DNA of 64,000 nucleotides from Rhodospirillaceae bacterium (GTDB lineage Bacteria; Pseudomonadota; Gammaproteobacteria; Burkholderiales; SG8-41): NCBI GenBank assembly GCA_050260255.1, contig JBLNBW010000044.1, positions 16,741 to 80,740 of the forward strand, read 5' to 3'. Shown piece by piece: positions 61,111 to 64,000 of this stretch (position 1 is its first letter; each line of letters starts with the position of its first letter). The notes under the pieces were generated by a model. It saw only the letters and a program-made list of their open reading frames with translations, ran no database searches and was not told where the DNA came from. The position numbers and the translations under genes were made by a program.

Positions 61111-62007
61111 TCACAACCGCAGCCACGACTCGGGCACCAGATCGCGCGTATCATTTCGCGCCTCCCGGAACCACTGCCGCGGCGCGATGACGATTTTTGC
61201 GGGCGAGGGATTGAGCCATGCGCCCCACCAGCTGAACGAGCTGTTGGCCGTGATGTGGTGGCGGCAGGCGGCCATGAGATGCATGTCCTCGTAGTCCCGG
61301 CCATCGTCGGATGGATCGACGAATGCAATCGGCCAATCGGTCGGAAGATTCGCCCGCGCCCACTGCGGATCATCGCTGAAGACAAAGAACCGCGCACCAG
61401 GCACTTTCGTCGCAATCACGGCCATCGCCTGCGCGTACCACTCGGGAGCACAGGTGCCGTGGTATGCGTTCGTCACGGCGTTGGCGACGTAATCACCGCG
61501 GCGTACATGCACGGAGACGGATGCGCAATCGATGAGCTGCTCCCGGAGCGCCATGCGAGACGGCGTCATCGGACGCAAAAGCTGGAAATCGGCGCGTATG
61601 GTGTGGGCAACCGGCGCGAAGTACTTCTCGGTCTGCCAGTAGCCGCGCGCGAGATAAGCGCTGCGCGGAGCGCGCAGCACGCGCGCATCGTAGGGGAAGC
61701 CTTGTTCGATGATAAAGCGCGGAGTAAGGCATCGGCGCAGCGGACCGAACCGCTCGAACACGCGAGCCAGCGGCGGACGAAACGCCTGCACTTCCTCCGG
61801 CTTCGCGATATCGGCCTGAATACGAAGATGATGAAGCGTGTAGGTGCGCAGGGGATCGCCCGCGAACGCTCCTAGATCGAGCTTGAGGCGGGCGCCCCGG
61901 TCAAGTGCGAGCCGGCGCCCCAGCGCGTACTGGAACATCTGGTTGCCCTGACCGCCCCACAAGCGCGTCACGATCACGGCGCGTGTTTCCGTGCCGTCGC
62001 GCTTCAT
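61111..62007 (-). CDS. GT11-family alpha-1,2-fucosyltransferase-like glycosyltransferase
   Basis: LWGGQGNQMFQYA, SVHVRRGDY (the HxRRGDY motif) and ANSSFSWWGAWL. Confidence 0.85.
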   Translation of the reverse strand: MKRDGTETRAVIVTRLWGGQGNQMFQYALGRRLALDRGARLKLDLGAFAGDPLRTYTLHHLRIQADIAKPEEVQAFRPPLARVFERFGPLRRCLTPRFIIEQGFPYDARVLRAPRSAYLARGYWQTEKYFAPVAHTIRADFQLLRPMTPSRMALREQLIDCASVSVHVRRGDYVANAVTNAYHGTCAPEWYAQAMAVIATKVPGARFFVFSDDPQWARANLPTDWPIAFVDPSDDGRDYEDMHLMAACRHHITANSSFSWWGAWLNPSPAKIVIAPRQWFREARNDTRDLVPESWLRL

Positions 62008-62843
62008 GCGATGCCGAGCACACGCAGCGCCCATGTCACGAGCCGGGGGCACCGGGTGAGCGTAAGGTGACGCTCTGCAATGCGCTCTGCAGTTCGCATG
62101 CGCTCGCCCTGCTGCGTGCTGCACCATGCGAGAAAATCGGTCATGACGGCCCGGCGCTGCACATTGATGTCCATGCCGTCGGCGCGCACGCTGGCCGCCG
62201 GATCGTCGCGGTAACTCACGAGTGGATACGTCAGGTAATCGATGTCGGTGAGCGTCGATACCCGAAGCCACAGGGCATAGTCCTCCAATGCCGTGAGCGC
62301 CTTCGCTTCGGGAAAGCCGGCTATGCGCGGCAGCAGGGAGCGGTGCAGCAGCATGGAGCTGCAAACGACCTGGTTGCACTTTGCGAGAGCTTCGAAGGTC
62401 AGCACGTCGCTCGTGAATTGCAGCAGCGGCCCGGCGTCGCGCCCACCGACCACTCTTGCCGCGTTCGAACAACAGGCGAGCCGGCCGGATTGCCGCAGTC
62501 GCGCGAGCTGAGCTTCGCATTTTTCCGCGTGCCATTCGTCGTCGCTATCCAGAAAGGCGATCCACTCCCCGCGGGCTTCCAGAAGTCCGCGATTGCGCGG
62601 TATCGCCGGGCGGCCACCGCGCGCGCCGGGGATCCATCGTACGCGCGCATCGGCGATGCGCGCTACGACTTCGCGGGTGTCATCGGTCGAGCCATCGTCG
62701 CACACCAGTACTTCCAACGGCGGCCAGCTTTGATTCAATGCGCTGCGAATCGCGCTGCCCAGGATGGCAGCGCGGTTCCACGTCGGTATGACGACCGAGA
62801 CGCCGCCCGCGGAGCCAGCCCCGCCCTGCTCAGTCACTGGCAT
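62004..62843 (-). CDS. glycosyltransferase family 2
   Basis: VSVVIPTWNRAAIL, VCDDGSTDDT and FLDSDDEW motifs. ATGA overlap with the GT11 gene. Confidence 0.85.
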   Translation of the reverse strand: MPVTEQGGAGSAGGVSVVIPTWNRAAILGSAIRSALNQSWPPLEVLVCDDGSTDDTREVVARIADARVRWIPGARGGRPAIPRNRGLLEARGEWIAFLDSDDEWHAEKCEAQLARLRQSGRLACCSNAARVVGGRDAGPLLQFTSDVLTFEALAKCNQVVCSSMLLHRSLLPRIAGFPEAKALTALEDYALWLRVSTLTDIDYLTYPLVSYRDDPAASVRADGMDINVQRRAVMTDFLAWCSTQQGERMRTAERIAERHLTLTRCPRLVTWALRVLGIA

Positions 62844-63516
62844 ATCCTCGCGCAAACTGCTCGTCGTACGCGCGCATCCACACGTCGAGCAACGCAAGCT
62901 CCCCGGGCGTGTCGTCCACCAGGAAGTCGGCAAGGTAGCGGCGCGCCGCCGCACGATATTCGTTGGCACTGCGCGTGGCGCCGCGCTTCTCGGCCATCAC
63001 TTCGACATTGAATGTACCGCGCCATCCATGCCGGCGCGTGCGTATCGGCGTATAGCCGAACGCTTCCATAGCACGGCGTAGGCTGGCGGAGGTGTAGGCT
63101 TCGTAATGAGCCGCCCAAGGAGCCTCGTGGGATCCGAACAGATGGCGCTCGGCAACCGCCTTGCGTCGCGCGCTACGCAACGGGTTGCAGATGACGAGCA
63201 GGCTGCGGAAAAGATCCGGCACTTCGACGTGGAGCCGACCGCCGGGCGCGAGCCAAGAGTGCCACACCGCCAGCAGCGCGCATGCGGTCGGCCGACGGAA
63301 ATGCTCGAACACGTGGTGGAGGCGTACTTCGGCGATGCTCTCGCGTCGGTAGACAAGGCCGCAGATGTCGGCATGCTGGTCCGCGACGCTCTTGCGCTGC
63401 ACCGTATGTTGTGCGGGCGGGAAATCGATGTTGACGTAACCCGGCAGGTGGCGCTCGCCGCAGCCGAGATGCAGCCGCGGATGATCGGCAGCCGTCGCGA
63501 CGGAAGTCATTGGCAT
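62830..63516 (-). CDS. SAM-dependent methyltransferase (Methyltransf_11/23-like)
   Basis: LHLGCGERHLPGYVNID, LHHVFEHF and LAPGGRLHVEVPD motifs. Confidence 0.7.
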   Translation of the reverse strand: MPMTSVATAADHPRLHLGCGERHLPGYVNIDFPPAQHTVQRKSVADQHADICGLVYRRESIAEVRLHHVFEHFRRPTACALLAVWHSWLAPGGRLHVEVPDLFRSLLVICNPLRSARRKAVAERHLFGSHEAPWAAHYEAYTSASLRRAMEAFGYTPIRTRRHGWRGTFNVEVMAEKRGATRSANEYRAAARRYLADFLVDDTPGELALLDVWMRAYDEQFARGYASD

Positions 63517-63532
63517 TCTTTCATGAGGATCG

Positions 63533-64000
63533 TCACCGTTGCCCCATTCGGCCCGCGCGCCGCGCCATACGGGAGGCCAGTGCGCGCACGCCGCGCCGCA
63601 ATGCGCGCGTGACTATGCCGTTTCGCGGCTCGTAGCGTGCTACGGGTCGGTCGCCGTCGAAAATGTCCTCGAACTTTGTCACCCTGCGCACGGGCAAGCT
63701 TCCCGTCCATTCGAAGCCCTCGATCATGTCGCGCACCAGGCTGTCGACCAGTCCCGAATAGCCCTGCTGGAGCGTCGTTCGCAGAAAACGCTGCACGCCC
63801 GCGAAGTAGTCGAGCGGCGTCTCGGCTTTCTTCATGTAGCACAGTTCGCCGTGCCTGAACGCGACGAAGTTGACGTGTACGTCGAAGTTGTAAAGATATT
63901 CGTACACTGCACTGGGAAATTCGACATAGCCGGCGCCCGCCACGCGCGCCAGCTCGGCGGCGAAAAGCGGCACGTCGTCTACGTGCTCGACGACCTGCGA
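63533..64000 (-). CDS. C-terminal part of a hypothetical protein, possibly a methyltransferase; the 5' end lies outside the window
   Basis: The reading frame stays open to the window edge (SQVVEHVDDVPLFAAELARV...). The VVEHVDD block resembles the post-II region of class I methyltransferases. The track's start at 63973 is an internal GTG. Confidence 0.45.
   Translation of the reverse strand, partial: SQVVEHVDDVPLFAAELARVAGAGYVEFPSAVYEYLYNFDVHVNFVAFRHGELCYMKKAETPLDYFAGVQRFLRTTLQQGYSGLVDSLVRDMIEGFEWTGSLPVRRVTKFEDIFDGDRPVARYEPRNGIVTRALRRGVRALASRMARRAGRMGQR

Overview
GC-rich chromosomal segment whose gene order looks betaproteobacterial (glnA-DUF4124-ntrB-ntrC; yqgE-ruvX-pyrR-pyrB-pyrC'; pcm-like-tolC-waaA-waaC). 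This placement comes from reading the translated ORFs, not from a database search. Bases 1-38000 are densely packed housekeeping genes: cca, slt, ilvA, rpiA, argA, trkAH, the pyrimidine genes, prlC, xth, the nitrogen-regulation locus with a recognisable sigma54/NtrC control region, thiC behind a TPP riboswitch, tolC and the LPS core genes. Bases 38000-44000 hold the most unusual content. A PrtD-type ABC exporter and a HlyD adaptor (type I secretion) sit upstream of a 600-aa protein that has no signal peptide. That protein fuses an S1 serine-protease domain, a Thr/Ser linker and six Ca-loop FG-GAP/VCBS repeats, and it has no RTX repeats. A GC-poorer 1-kb spacer separates it from the adaptor gene and contains a long reading frame interrupted by a single TGA. 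Bases 44000-64000 are an ABC-transporter-dependent (wzm/wzt) O-antigen or glycan cluster in two convergent arms. It carries an orphan rmlA/rmlC pair, a CDP-hexose cassette arranged like the Rml pathway, UDP-xylose synthase, galE, eight glycosyltransferases and three methyltransferases. I found no rRNA, tRNA, CRISPR array, transposase or integrase. Gene starts were chosen by hand from the ORF track, so several could be off by a few codons.
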